The position numbers were made by a program, and so were the translations under genes. Positions 1 through 13,957 of a stretch of 64,000 bases of DNA are shown here, piece by piece. Source of the stretch: Dictyostelium discoideum (taxonomy: Eukaryota). The notes under the pieces were generated by a model. The model ran no database searches, was not told the DNA's origin, and was given only the letters and a program-made list of their open reading frames with translations. Every line of letters starts with the position of its first letter. Within the stretch, counting starts at the first letter, position 1. The stretch is taken from contig CM000151.3 in the NCBI GenBank assembly GCA_000004695.1, forward strand, positions 5,440,001 to 5,504,000. Direction: 5' to 3'.

Positions 1-342
1 TTTTTTTTTAAATTTTTTCTTTTTTTTTTTTTTATTTTTTATTTTATTAAATTATTTATTTATTTTATAAACTATAAAAAACAAAAAAGAACCTTAAATA
101 TACAAATAGAAAAGAAGTTTTTCCTAAATAACAATTTTATAATAAAAATAAATCACAAATCACAAAATAACCAATAAAGAGTATTTTTTAATTATTAATA
201 ATAATAATAATAATAATATTAATAATAAAAAAAATAATTGATACTTTTTTTTTTTTTTTCAAAAAAAAAAAAAAAAAAAAAAAAAAAGAAAAAATTTTTT
301 TTTTTTTTTAATTAAAATTTTCAAAAAAAAAAAAAATATTAA

Positions 343-376
<34 letters not shown>

Positions 377-438
377 GATATACATATTCAAATACACACA
401 CATTCCTACACAAATTCACAGATACAAAATAATAAATA

Positions 439-806
439 ATGTCCGAAACTAGAGATGTAAGGTACTTTGCTGATTTTATAAAGAATACTCCAAACAATGA
501 ACCAAAGGAAGTGATCACAGTGGTGGGCCATGTCCTTCAATGTCTTGAAGAAAGTGAGGATTTCTTTTTTAATTTTGAAAAGTTTTCAGAAATGGTTGAA
601 GTACTCTGGTTTAAATTGTAAGTAAAAAATATAATAGAAAATCTATATTTTGTTTTTTAATTTTATAGTTTTTTTTTCTTTTTATTTCAAATACTAATAT
701 ATTACTTTTTTTATTTTTATTTTTATTTTTATTTTTATTTTTATTTTTATTTTTATTTTTATTTTTATTTTTATTTTTATTTTTTTCTCTTTTACTACTA
801 TTCTTC

Positions 807-840
<34 letters not shown>

Positions 841-1747
841 TTATTATTATCCTTTTATACACAGAGGTCAAAATCCAAATCATAATGATTTAATTCAAAG
901 AGTTGATCAATTTTTCAAAAAGATTATACAAATCATCTCAACTAGAATATCACAAAGTGAAGATTTTTCATCAGAGAATTTAAAGGTATTAAATTTAATA
1001 TTTTCACCAAAACCATCAGGTTATCGTGAATATAGATATCAAGAGAATGGAGATGATATTTCATCTAAATTATCAAGTTTTGAAGCAAATGGTTTTTTTG
1101 AAGGTGGTGGTCTTAATTGTTTAATTAACAGAATAGAGAAATTTAAACATTCATTTGAAAATTTAAAAAAGATTGTAAATACAATCAAAAAGGTATGTGT
1201 TTCACTTTATTTTACTTTTTTTTTTTTTTTTTCTTTTTTTTTTCATAAAAATTTTTTAAAAAAATTCCAAAAAAAAAAGTTCAAAAAAAAAAATTCAAAA
1301 AAATTCAAAAAATAGGACAATCACTAAATATTATCTTTTTTTTTTTTTTTCTTCTTTTCTATTTTTAGATTACAAAAAAAGTTGAAAAAGTTGAAGCACA
1401 AACTGTTGAACATTTAATAAAGATTGTATTCCAAAAGATATTAGGAGCTACTGATGAAGAGTTTAAGAATGAAAATAAGAAAGATTTAGATTTAATTATC
1501 AAACATCTTTCTGGAATAGTTAATAATTTACAATATGAACAAGGCCATAATAGTGGTACACTTCAAGATATGATTCATCAACAAGGTTTAATGGTTTCAT
1601 TAAAGTGTTTTAAATCACCATCTCTCTTTCAAAGAAATGCGGGTCTCAATGATATAATTAGATTTTGTAAATCAGAAAGTAATAGTAACAATAGTAGTTT
1701 TATGTTAAGAAATCAACAATTTTCAATTTATGTAGCACCACAGTAAG

Positions 1748-1782
<35 letters not shown>

Positions 1783-3022
1783 AAAAATAGAAAATAGAAA
1801 AAAAAAAAAAAATATTAATTTTTATTTTTATTTTTTCATTTTTTTTTATAAAAAAAGTAAAATTGTTGAATGGTTAAAAGAAAATCAAGTTGTTGAATTA
1901 TTATATGGTGAAACAAGTCATATTCAATTATTACAAAAATGTACAGATATATTAAAATTCCTTGCAGAACAAAAAGCATTTGATAGAAAGTATTTAGACT
2001 TGATATGGTCAGCATCTGAAGGAAAACATGAAACAATAGAGAATGCAATCTATGATAGTATTGGAGCGATCGCTCCATTACTTCCACCTGAAGATATCGA
2101 TTATCTCTTTGACAAGGTTCAAATGATTCCCTACAATCATTACACTCAAATAACATTGAATTTAGTACGTTCATTAACTCAAAGACAACAACAAGCCACC
2201 AATTCCGATGGTATTACATCAAGAGGTTTGGATATATTTTGGAATTTAATGCAAGAAGATTGTGATGTTTGTAATGATCTCTCCAATGCATCATTGGTTT
2301 CACTTCAAGATTCTTTCCAATTCTATCCAAATCAAAGGGGACATTTTTTAACTAGAGCCTTGGACCATATAGATAAACATCGTTCAGTTGTAGTTTCACT
2401 TCGTTTAGTCTTTCATCTAATCAATAGTTTTGCAGAGAAAAAAAAAAAGAGAGATTTACATGGTGGCAATAATAATAATAACAACAATATGATGAACAAT
2501 GAAGCAGAGATGGCAAATGTAATTGAAAGTATTGATAGTCAACACCATTTAGTAGATTTATTATACAATCATTTAGTTTATTATACTACACAATGTAAAC
2601 AGATTATATCGAATGGTTACAATACTGATAGAAATGCAATGAATGTAGATGGTGGTGGTGGAGGAAGTGATAAACATCCATATAAACCACCGCAAGCTTG
2701 TGATGATTATACGTTTGCTGATAGAGTCAGTCATATGGAACAAATTCAAGATTATTTAAATTTTATTCGTTTCTTATATGACAAGTCAAGTTTATCCCTT
2801 ACTAAACAACATATCGATATTTGGTGGAATATCTTTGTTCTAGAACCAGTATCACACTCTGATAGAACTCACTTTTTCAATTGGGTCATTGACCATTTAA
2901 GTTTGGATGAACATCAAGTTTTGTATTTTATAAACAAATTCCAAACCTTAACTTTTACAGATTTAGATATTACCGGTTTCGAATTTTATAAATTTTGTTT
3001 TAATTTAATTAAATCTCATGAT

Positions 3023-3053
<31 letters not shown>

Positions 3054-3080
3054 TAGATAATAATAATAATAATAATAATA

Positions 3081-3111
<31 letters not shown>

Positions 3112-3805
3112 TTTAATTGGTTTAGATGATTTATGGAGAATTTTATTAGAAGCACAAAATGAACAAGTTGGAAGAGCAGCATGTTCATTTATAATTGAAC
3201 AATATAAAGATTATAAGAATCCAGAAGAATTTTTAAATACTTGTATGGCTAAATTATCAAAGGTACCAATTGGTAACGATTCAACAATGGATCCAATTAA
3301 TTATATGTTAGTAACACGTTGTCTTTCATTGGTAAAGAAATATTTAGAAGAATTTGGTTCAAGATCATCCGACTCATTTAAGAAACATTTTTCACCATTG
3401 ATCACAGTTAGATTTAGTAGTCAAAGAAATGTATTTAAATTTGACGTAAAGAGTAGTGAATCAATTGGTACCATAAAACAAATGCTTGCATATAATATTA
3501 AATCATCAGAACATTGTATTTGTTTAACTTTTCAAGGTAAAATGATGGTTGATGATTGTCAAACAATTGAAGATTTTCGTGTTGGAAATGGTGATACTAT
3601 CAGTTTCCAAGAGATTGGAGAACCAAGACAACCACTCACCTATGTTCAATCGGTTTCAATTAATTTTGATCAAAATAATTTCGCATTACTTTTCAGTTTG
3701 TTAAATATTCAATCGATTGCTCAAGATGTTTGGGATTTATTAATGTTATTACCAGTTAATAAACAAATATTTAGTGAAATAACAATCGATATTGTAAATA
3801 ATAAA

Positions 3806-3881
<76 letters not shown>

Positions 3882-6800
3882 GTAATGAAGATGGTCAACA
3901 ACAACAACAACAACAACAACAAAATATAAATTGGGATAATTTATTTGATCCAAAATCATCTTATCGTTTATTATATAGTTTATTAATTATTGAATCAATG
4001 GTAGTTAATGATAGTTATCATAGTAGTGATGGTAATGATAATAATTTAGATGGTCCAAATGAATGGAAACAAAAGTTTATTTCATCAGGTGGATTTGATC
4101 ATTTAATAAAGGTTTTAATGACAACAGATCTTCAAAATCCATCACGTGGTGGTAAGAGAAATACTTGCCTTTCAGTACTTTTAAGAATTATTTTTAGTAT
4201 TTTAGAGAGCAACCATTTCGATTTTAATGCTATCACAAGCCATCAAATTTCACCAGCCGACTTTTTAAATCGTTTAATCAGCTTAACATGGAATCAAGTA
4301 ATACCAACTACACATGAAGAGAATCTTTCAACTCATGAAACAGAGGATGCTATGGTTGTTTCTCATTTGATGCATTTAATTGTTGCCATCCTTTCGAATA
4401 ATGATCAATTGTTTAGTATATTCACAAAGAATAAAAACATTTTACAATGGATTTCACTCATAATCCTCGATAGTAAAGATACTTTTCTTCGTGATAAAGC
4501 TGCCAATGGTATTCGTGACATTTGTCATTACATTTCACCAGCTACAACAAAACATTACTTTTTGGACCAATTCCTTACCCTACTCTTTAAAAATGTCGCA
4601 GACGATCGTCAATCATCAACTTGTCAACAATTCTTTGATGTACTCAATCATTTATTAAATGAACAAGTTAGATCGTTAACTATTGATGCTTCAACTTCTT
4701 CTTTTACATCAGTTTATGCCGATCTCTTGTTAAAGTTGGTAGATATGATTAAAACTCAACCAATCATTGAATCAACAGCAATTTACCAACCAGATGTTTT
4801 ATTAATGGGATTATTGAATCTTGTAAAGATTTTAATTCAAGACAATAATGAATTCAAGCTATTGGCAGGTCAAAAGGGTGGTTTAGTTAAAGAGGTTTTC
4901 CATGAATGTCTTTTCAATATTGCAACTGCAGATAATCATGGTTCAACTTGTCCACCAAAATGTAAAACAAAGGAAAGTAGAGATATTTGTTTTGCTGTAC
5001 TCTTGGAGTTGGCCAAAGGTTGTGAACCAAATTTACGTGAAATTACTACACTCTTAATGGAACACCATAAACCAGAGGAAAAACGTTCACTTTGGAGTTA
5101 TTTCCCAGCTGGTAATGAAAAATCAATCACAGGTTATGTTGGTTTAAAGAATTTAGGTGCCACTTGTTATATCAATAGTTTAATGCAACAACTCTTTATG
5201 ATTCCAGGTTTCCGTTATAATATCATTCAATCCGAAGAGAAATATAACTCACCACAAGAACAACAAGAATCACTCCTCTATCAATTGAAAATCATATTTG
5301 CAAATCTTCAAGAGTCTGAAAAGAAATCACACGATCCAAAAGATTTCTGTTTAACTTATAAATATGATGGTCAACCAATCAATACATCGATTCAAATGGA
5401 TGCTGATGAATTCTTTAATATGCTTTTCGATAAACTAGAGAATACTCTAAAATCAACACCACAAGAAAAGTTATTAAAAGATTTTTTCGGTGGTAGTTCA
5501 GTAAATCAATTCATCTCTCAAGAGTGTAATCATGTCTCTGAACGTGAAGAACCATTCTATACCATTAGTGTCGAAGTAAAGAATAAAAAAGAGATTCAAG
5601 AATCATTACAATTGTTTGTAGAGAGTGAAACTTTAGATGGTGATAATAAATATTTTTGTAGTAGTTGTTCTCAAAAAGTTAAAGCATTAATGAGAAGATG
5701 TATCAAAGATTTACCAAATACTTTAATCATTCATAACAAGAGATTCGAGTTTGATTTAGATCTTATGAAGAGAACCAAATTAAATGATGCACTTCGTTTC
5801 CCAATGACAATCGATATGGAACCATACACTAAAGAATATCTCGAGAGAAAAGAAGCAATCGAAAAAGCCAAAGAAAAGGGTGAACCAATTCCAGAGGTTG
5901 CTCCATTACATCCACCATCCTATTATCAATATGAATTGGCAGGTATTTTAGTTCATACAGGTACAGCCGATTCTGGTCACTATTATAGTTATATTAAAGA
6001 GCGTGAACCAATTTGTGAAGGTCAACCACGTCGTTGGATTTTATTCAATGACCAAGCAACCGAGGTTTTCAATCCTGATGATATTTCAAAGGCATGTTTT
6101 GGTGGTTATGATGATCAAAGCAAAGGTAATTTCCGTGCTGGCCCAAGAGTTAACAATGCTTATATGTTATTCTATGAACGTTCTTATATTCAAGGTGAAA
6201 TGACAAAGAAATATGAAAACATTAAACAATCTGATGCTTCTAAATTAGTACCAAAAGAAATGTTTTCAAGTGTTTGGAAAAAGAATATGAAATTCTTAAA
6301 TGATAAGAATATTTTCGATACAAATTATTTCTCATTCTTATTAAATATTATAAAGTTAGATGAACCATCCGATTTAGATTCAAATAATCAAATGGATTTC
6401 ATTTCTTCTCAAGAATTATTAAAAGGTACTGATTCAATTGATGATCAAAAACTAAGTAGTCAAGATAATGAATTATCAAGTGGTGGTGGTGGCGGTGGTG
6501 CAACAAGTGAATTATCAGGTGGAGAAGTTGGTTTATATAATGGCGGTAGTGGTAGTGAATTCAATCAAACTATGCAATCAATTGAATTAGGTACTAGATT
6601 TTTAATTGAAACTTTATTCCACTCAAAAGATAGAAAAATGTTAGGTGATACTGTAAATTATTTAATCTCATTATATGAAAGAAATTTAGATGCTTGTTAT
6701 TGGTTATTAAATACTATCGTTGAACAACAAGGTTCTGATAATTCTTGGATTAGACAAGTATTTTTAACTTGTGTAACATTTGATCCAAGAGAAGCTTTAA

Positions 6801-9800
6801 TCAAATTATTATTATCAGTTGTTAAAACATTAATTCCAAGTGAAAAAGAAAACTATGGTTTAGATGAAGATAATGAAATGATGTCAGAAAATAGTGGAGC
6901 ATCTATTACTTCAATCGATGAGGAGGATGGAGATGATGAAGATGATGGTGGTGGTGGTGATGATGATTCAATGAATACTTCATCTGGTACAACAGGTAAA
7001 GGTAAACAAAAAGTATCATCCTCTTCTTCCTCTTCTTCTTCCTCTCAAATGAATTATGATCAAGATGAAATTTATCCAAGTTTTTCAAGCCTAAAGAAAC
7101 CAAAATCCATCATATTTAAGTTTATGGATGTATTTTTAGATTATATCAAGGAGGCACCAATGCATTGGAAACATTTTAGTTATTACTTTTTGTTTATCAA
7201 AGATTTTTCATTATTGGGTGAAGAGGAAAGAAAATATTTAATCAATAGAAATGTTATTGGCCGTTTAATTGATCTCTTTTTGGGTGATGAATCACAACTC
7301 TCCAAAACCATTCCACCACATAAGAAACCAAAGATGGGTGATAAATATAGTAGTCCACAATTCCTTAATATGATTGAAACCATCAATATCTTGGTTCATA
7401 GTTGTCATACTAGATATAGTAAGATGGAGTTTGACAAGAATGGTTCCTATCAAACAATGCCTGGTCAATTCACTTTGAATTTAGCTCCAATGCCAGAAAC
7501 CGATATGGAGTTATTATATGATCCAATATTTGTTGCCAAAGCAATTAAGGATACTCTATTAATCAAACCAATCACAGAGATAGTCTCTTATATTTGTTTC
7601 AATGATATCGATACTACCAATACTATCACTCAATATATTGAAGGATTCGATCAATCAAAGACATCCTTAGAGGTTTTACTTCCATTGATTAAATTAGATG
7701 ATCAATGTAGAGAAGAACGTGTTGACATTGTAATTCCACAATATATCAATATCGTTGAGGAAATCTTTAAAAATCGTAATAATTTGTCATTCTTAAAAAC
7801 TTTGGTAGAAGCTGCTCAACAATATTATTTCATTTCAGATTGGTTCAAGAAGAACTTTGATCGTTGGGTTACAAGTTGGCTCATTGGTAATGAACATTCA
7901 GAGGTTAGAAGTGATGCTTTCACATTACTCATTCATATCAATCAATTGAATCAAGAACAACCAGATCATAGTGCAATCATTGAAACCTTTTCATTCCTTT
8001 CTAGTGTTGATACCATTAAATATGCCAAAAAGATTTGTAAAAAAGATAAAGATCATCGTGGTGTTTTCAAATTTGAATATTATTTCAAACTACTTAGATT
8101 GTCTTTGGTCGTACCAGAATGTAAACAAATTTTCACACAAGTCGCTTCATTATTCTATGGTTTTATCACTGATATCATCTTTCAACAAAATGAAATCGAT
8201 AGAAATCGTCAAGAGCTTACTCACTTTTTGGTCGATGTACTTCGTGATCAACCTGAAAATATTGCTCTCTTACAAAAGGATCAATGTTCAACCAAACTCA
8301 TGGACTACTTTATTAGTATTTCATCCAAAGAGGATTTGAAACAATTCAATCAAAAATCTTTACCATCTTTCTATGAACTCTTATTCATTTTATCTTGTGA
8401 TAAACAATCATTCCTCGAATATGTCGTTGGTCATTCCAATTTCCAATGGGCTTGCAAATTTTTATTATGCGAATGTGGTGAATATCAAGATATTGCCGTC
8501 TTCCTTTTCAAATTATTAGAGTTGGTATCAAGAACACCAAAACATGCTCAATCTTTGATTAGTCACTTTTTAGGTTTTCCAAACTTTTTCTTTTATCCAG
8601 CTCATTCATTGAAAGTAATGGATATTCTCACCTTTTCAAAGAAAGAAGCCATTTGTTTTGTTAATTCTCAAGGTATCAATGTATTTAGTAAATTCTTGGG
8701 TTCAAGTAAAGACTCTCAAGAGAATGTACGTCAATATCCAAAAGCAATCGATATCATTTTTAAGGTTTTATCATTAATTCACTCACCACAGTCACCACAA
8801 GATTCTTCTTCTCCAAAATCAACAAATGTAATCGTAATCGATGAAGATATCGCCTCCTCCTCTTCTTCCTCTTCATCAAATATTCAAAATCCAACCAATG
8901 TAAATGTAAATGAATTAACTCAAGAGGTAAAAACATTATCATCTGTATTATACAATTTAATGGATAGTGGTGAAATAGTTTGTCAAAAAGCTCAAAAACT
9001 TTTAAATTTTATTGCAGTTGAATCACCTGATATTACAATTTTAACATTTAGTGATTTCATTACAAAATGGATAAATAAAAAGAATTCAATGATAAATAAT
9101 AATATTAATTTAATTAATAATAATAATAACAATAATAACAATATGATGAATTCAATTAATTTGGTTGATAACGATCCAAAACAACCATCAATACCACAAT
9201 TTTCACATGGTAACCCAAGTCAACAATATCCATCACCATTTGCTCAACAACCACCACAACAACAACAACAACATTCAAGATTAAATCAAAATCAACAATT
9301 ATTAAATCAATTTTCATTTAGTGAAACATTTTTCAATTCATTAATTGAAATTGTTTTAATTTCAATGCAAAGTGCAACCTCTCAAAACTCAAATCCATCA
9401 TTGGAATCAAAAGCATCAATTTCCCTTGCAAAATTAGTTAAAGAAGTTTTAAATATTAACATGGAGATGGGTTCACGTATTCTTAGTCGTGTAATTGATA
9501 GTTTAAAGGTTGAAGATAGAAATTCAGTGATCTCTCATTGTATTGAACATGGTTTTATTGGTACTTGTGAAACTTCTCCAACAACTCCAACCTCACTTAA
9601 CTCATTGTATGATTTAGTTAAATCTTTCCTTCAAGACAAAGCAAATGAAGAAACTGTTAATAACTTTTGCACCGATCTTGAAGATAAAGTAACCACATCC
9701 ATCGTTTCCATTAAATCATTAGAGAATTCCAATGACAACCAAATCGATACTCATTTATTATCCTTAATAAATGCACTCCATCAAATTCAATTGTTTAATA

Positions 9801-9952
9801 ATTGTTGTCCAACTGGTAAATCTCATATATCCCTCTCGAATATTATCAACTCTTTAAATGAATTTGCAAACAAAGAGTGCTGTAACATTCAATCTGAAAA
9901 TGCCACATTATTTTTAACTTCTTTCAAACCAATTAGACCATCAAATAATTAA
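439..9952 (+). CDS. Very large USP-family ubiquitin carboxyl-terminal hydrolase (about 2,990 aa), with a USP9X/USP24/USP34-like architecture: long N-terminal helical region, UBL domain, central USP catalytic domain and a long C-terminal extension. Proposed exons: 439..617, 865..1192, 1369..1742, 1858..9952.
   Basis: Cys box GLKNLGATCYINSLMQQLF and His box YELAGILVHTGTADSGHYYSYIK are present in the 2000..9952 ORF. A ubiquitin-like segment (FDVKSSESIGTIKQMLAY...DTISFQ) precedes the catalytic domain. Three 5' introns have GTAAGT or GTATGT donors and AG acceptors, and they preserve the frame (phases 2, 0, 2). Intron 3 uses cag|GTAAGT, with the G shared with the CAG. Poly-N and poly-Q runs occur in-frame. 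Confidence 0.8.
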
Positions 9953-10464
9953 AACAAAAAAAAAATAAAAAAAGTTAAAAATAAAAAAAGTTAAAAATAA
10001 AAAAAGTTAAAAATAAAAAAAAAAATAAAGCAATTAAAAAAAAAATATCAAATCAAAATAAAAATCTTTAATTTTCAACTAAAATGGTTATAAAAAAACA
10101 ATGACAATTTGATTTTATTTTTGATTTTTTTTTTTGGTTTTTTTTTTTATTATTTTAATTTTTTTTTTTTTTTTTTATTATTGTTTTTTTTGATTCAATT
10201 GTTTTTTTATTTTTTATTTTTTAATTTTTATTTTTTTATTTTATTTTTATTTTTATTATGTATTAAAAAATTTTGTATTATTTGAAATTAATTTATTTCC
10301 TTTTTTATTTTTAATCCGTATTTTTTTTATTATTTTTATTTTTTTTTTTTTATTTCATTTTTTTATTTCATTTTTTTTTATTTTTTTTATTTTTTTATTT
10401 AATTAAATAATAAACATCTCACACATTCACCCCCAAAACATTTACCATAAAAAAAAAAAAAAAA

Positions 10465-10831
10465 ATGAATTTTTTAAATAAAAATTTATTATTGGTTAGA
10501 AATTTGGGGAGGATTTCATATCCTAAATTCATTGATGTCCAGAATGGTATTAAAATCAATTATAATAATAGTGATAAAAATATTCTTTTAATGGCAGAAC
10601 ATCAAAGTCCTTTATTTTTATTTTCCACCACAAAAAAGAATCAAAGTAATTCCACCACAATCAATAATAATGATATTATAAATGATGCAAAATATAATAA
10701 ACTTAAACAATTAGGATATGATGTTTGTAAAGTTACAAAATCAATTGATAGTTTAGAAATTGACAATGACAATAATGACACAAATAATAATAACAATAAT
10801 AATAATAATTTTAATAGCAATAATAATATTA

Positions 10832-10862
<31 letters not shown>

Positions 10863-11672
10863 AAATAATAAAAATAATAATAATATTAGTAACAATCAAA
10901 TTATTTGGCATGGTCCAGGTCAATTAACAGTTTATCCAATTCTATCAAGTCAATTTAATATTGATAAAAATCAATATAAAATGAAATTAGAAAAAGTGGT
11001 TTTAAAATGTTTAGATCAATTATCAATTAAATGTAAAATTGAAAATAATCAAATTAAAACTATAAATAATAATGAAATAATTGGTGATATAAAAATTTTT
11101 AATGAGTAACTATTTAAATTATATAATTAAAAAATATATATAAAAAAGTAATAATTACTTAGTTTATTTATAATTTATTAATTTAATTGAATTTGATTTT
11201 TTTTTTTTTTTTTTAAAAAAGTTTTTATAAAGTGCCAGGATTTTCTTTGAATATTAATCCAAATATTGGAATTTGTAATGAAATTAACAATGTTGGTAAT
11301 ATTTCATCAATTAGTAGAATCATTAATTCTCAAATGATTACTGTTGCCGATGTTGTTCCCATTGTAAGCAGAAACTTTTTAGAAGAATTTGAGCTTGAAC
11401 AAATTGATCCTTATAATTATTACCTCTCTCAATATAATGATCAATTCATAAATAATAATTATAAAAATAATAATAATAATAATAATAATGACAATAACAT
11501 TCACAAAATTACTAATAACTACTACGATGATGATGATGAAAACCAATTAAATTCAAATGATGATAATAATATTTTATCAACATCATCTTTTATTTTAAAT
11601 AATAATAATAATAATAATAGTAATAATAATAACAACGATATTACAACTGATAATAACTCATTAATATTCTAA
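10465..11672 (+). CDS. Lipoyl(octanoyl) transferase (LipB/LIPT2 family). Two exons, 10465..11105 and 11222..11672, joined across a 116-nt intron.
   Basis: Exon 1 carries LLMAEHQSPLF and the diagnostic IIWHGPGQLTVYP motif (LipB (R/T)YHGPGQ). Exon 2 carries VPGFSLNINPNI...CN...ISSI, matching the LipB HGLALNV...CG...TSL block. The splice is inferred from a frame requirement: phase-2 donor AAT GA|gtaac and acceptor aaaaaag|T. The donor is non-consensus (GTAAC). Confidence 0.7.
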
Positions 11673-11801
11673 AGTTTTTTTTTTCAACCTCAAAACATCT
11701 TCAATCATGTAAATATCTTTCAAACCACTTTTTTATAGTTTTTTTTCGTTTAATAAAGATTTGTAAATATCTTCAATGTTAATTATTTTAAACAGAAAAG
11801 A

Positions 11802-11835
<34 letters not shown>

Positions 11836-12182
11836 TTCAAATAACCCACAAATAATAGCAGATTTTAATTTTTTACATTTAAATAGTGAGATAAAACCAA
11901 ATGGTACATAAAAAGATTAGAAAAACCAAGTTCTACAAAAATTGTTGGAACTAAACTTGGTCTTCCATAAGGTAAAAAACCCGAATTTCCATAAGATGGA
12001 GTCATTTATTATAAATTTCTTCACAGTATCGGTACTGATACTATTATCATTTTCAAATAAGGGATGCATATTCGAATTTCTATTGTCTGAACAAATTTTG
12101 TTTATTTTCATTTATAAAAAAAGAAAAGAAAATAAAAAAAACTAATTATTCTTTTAAGGTCAAGTTGACGGCAGTAACCAAT

Positions 12183-12238
12183 GGGAATTGAACCATTGTT
12201 CTTTTTTTTTTTTTTTTACCTAAAAGCGGTGTTGAACC
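12183..12238 (-). promoter_or_regulatory. External B-box (exB) copies downstream of tRNA-Glu copy 1, at plus 12183..12194 (GGTTCAATTCC) and 12228..12238 (GGTTCAACACC). The pol III terminator T-run lies at plus 12258..12264.
   Basis: The B-box-like GGTTCGA(A/T)NCC sequence is repeated 30 to 80 bp 3' of the tRNA body on the tRNA strand. This arrangement is characteristic of Dictyostelium tRNA loci. Confidence 0.5.
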
Positions 12239-12265
12239 ATTGTTCTTAAATTTTCACAAAAAAAG

Positions 12266-12337
12266 CTCCCCATTCGGGAATCGAACCCGAGGTACCAGTG
12301 TGAAAGACTAGAGTGTTACCGACTACACCAATGAGGA
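12266..12337 (-). tRNA. tRNA-Glu (anticodon UUC), copy 1.
   Basis: The reverse complement reads TCCTCATTGGTGTAGTCGGTAACACTCTAGTCTTTCACACTGGTACCTCGGGTTCGATTCCCGAATGGGGAG. The acceptor stem pairs 7/7 (one G:U). The anticodon loop is CTTTCAC. A and B boxes are present. An oligo-T terminator follows the 3' end (plus 12258..12264). Confidence 0.85.
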
Positions 12338-12581
12338 ATTTGTTGAAATTTTTTAATATTTTACCTATAAATAAAGATATAAAAAATGTTATCCAATTCA
12401 AAAAATTTCGTTATTCCATTCAAAAAAATAAAGATGTAAAAAAATGCCTAAACATAATATTTTTAAATATCATTAAAAAGAATTTAAATTTTAAGGTATA
12501 AAACTGAACAGTTTTATAGTTTTTAACAGAAATACGTTATAGCAGGAGTAAAAAAAACCATTATTTTTAAATTTAAAAATC

Positions 12582-12622
<41 letters not shown>

Positions 12623-12632
12623 CAAAAAAAAA

Positions 12633-13727
12633 ATGGTTTATAAATTAATTATTTTAATAATTGTTATAATAATCAATGGAACTATATCTATGATGGTATT
12701 ACCATCAGATTTAAATATTCACTATGTTGGAAGAATTGACAAAACTCAATCCAATCACTATTATTCATTTTCGTGGTCTGGTTGTCAAATTATTGTAAAT
12801 ATTACAGGTATAACAGAAATTAAAGCAATTTTAAATTCAGAGAAACCAAATTGGTTTGATGTATTTATCAATGGGCAATTAAATAATGTTTTTAATGTAA
12901 CATTATCAGCACCACAACAACAAATAATAACTATTGCAAATAATTTAAATAGTAATGATATCTATCAAATAAAGATATCAAAAAGAACAGAAGCAGAATT
13001 TGGACAAGTTAATTTTTATGGTTTCCAAATAGATGATAATGATGAAAATTTCAAACTTTTTACATATAAACCATTAACAAATCGTAAATTTGAATTCATT
13101 GGTGATAGTATTGCAACGGGGTATGGTGATATGGGTAAGGCACCTTGTGCATTCACAGAATCAACAGAGAATGTTGATGTATCATTCGTTTCTGATATTA
13201 CAAATCAATTACTAGGTGAGATGAGTGTAATCGCATGGGAAGGTAAAGGTGTTGTAAAAAATTATGGATCACCAACACCAATTTCAAATCCAAATGAACC
13301 AACATTACCAGATCTTTATCCATACATATTACCATTATCAGATAATAGTAGTTTTTGGAATGCCTCTCAATTCATACCAGATGTGTTAGTTATTAATTTA
13401 GGTTCAAATGATTATACAGATTTACCATACCCACCAAATGATTACTTTCAAGTTAAATTTATTGAATTTGTAAAATCAATCATTATAAACTATAATAATC
13501 AAATTCCAAAGATTTTCTTTATATGTGGTGTAATGGTTAATGAACATCCATGTTGTACAATTACTGAAGCTGTTTCAAATGTTTTCAATGCTACTTATAT
13601 TGATATGCCAAATATTCAAAATTCAAGTGATGACTTTGGTTGTTATGGCCATCCAACTATAATTGCTCATGCTCATATGGCTTCAATTGCAATTCCAATT
13701 ATAAAACAAGTAATGAATTGGGAATAA
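12633..13727 (+). CDS. Secreted SGNH/GDSL hydrolase, CE2-like carbohydrate esterase, with an N-terminal beta-sandwich module.
   Basis: A signal peptide (MVYKLIILIIVIIINGTISMM) begins at the ATG at 12633. The listed ORF start lies upstream in a poly-T tract. SGNH motifs are present: GDS block FEFIGDSIATGYGD, GSND block VINLGSNDY and a His-containing block GCYGHPTIIAHAHMA. Confidence 0.72.
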   Translation: MVYKLIILIIVIIINGTISMMVLPSDLNIHYVGRIDKTQSNHYYSFSWSGCQIIVNITGITEIKAILNSEKPNWFDVFINGQLNNVFNVTLSAPQQQIITIANNLNSNDIYQIKISKRTEAEFGQVNFYGFQIDDNDENFKLFTYKPLTNRKFEFIGDSIATGYGDMGKAPCAFTESTENVDVSFVSDITNQLLGEMSVIAWEGKGVVKNYGSPTPISNPNEPTLPDLYPYILPLSDNSSFWNASQFIPDVLVINLGSNDYTDLPYPPNDYFQVKFIEFVKSIIINYNNQIPKIFFICGVMVNEHPCCTITEAVSNVFNATYIDMPNIQNSSDDFGCYGHPTIIAHAHMASIAIPIIKQVMNWE

Positions 13728-13767
13728 ATAAATAAATAAACAAATAAATAAAATAAAATAAATAAAA

Positions 13768-13814
<47 letters not shown>

Positions 13815-13957
13815 ATATATTTTGTTTATTACTTTTTTTTTTTTTTTTTTTTTTTTATTAATCAATTTTTCAAACTTTTAATTGTTTTTTTGTTTAATAA
13901 AGATTTGTAAATATCTTCAATGTTTTTTTTATTATTGAAAATATTGAAATAAGAAAT

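Larger units (their letters stand above)
11690..12365. repeat. Segmental duplication, copy 1. It contains the tRNA-Glu gene, the exB boxes, the conserved block ...TGTTGGAACTAAACTTGGTCTTCC.ATAGGTAAA... and the 3'UTR-like block GTTTAATAAAGATTTGTAAATATCTTCAATGTT. The paralogous copy is at 13860..14745.
   Basis: Three collinear blocks recur. Block A is at 11748 and 13897, block B at 11941 and 14483, and the tRNA plus its 25-bp 5' leader at 12266 and 14647. The spacing between blocks is not constant, which indicates insertions or deletions since the duplication. Confidence 0.6.

Noticed and set aside
611-808. Minus-strand ORF encoding (KN)n.
   Set aside because: It lies entirely inside intron 1 of the USP gene, on an (ATTTTT)n repeat at about 705..786. 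It is a composition artefact.
1836-2174. Minus-strand 112-aa ORF overlapping USP exon 4.
   Set aside because: It is antisense to a strongly supported coding exon and starts in intron poly-A. It has no coding features.
10641-10895. Minus-strand poly-Leu ORF.
   Set aside because: It is the antisense of the in-frame (AAT)n and (AAC)n poly-Asn tract of the LipB-like exon 1.
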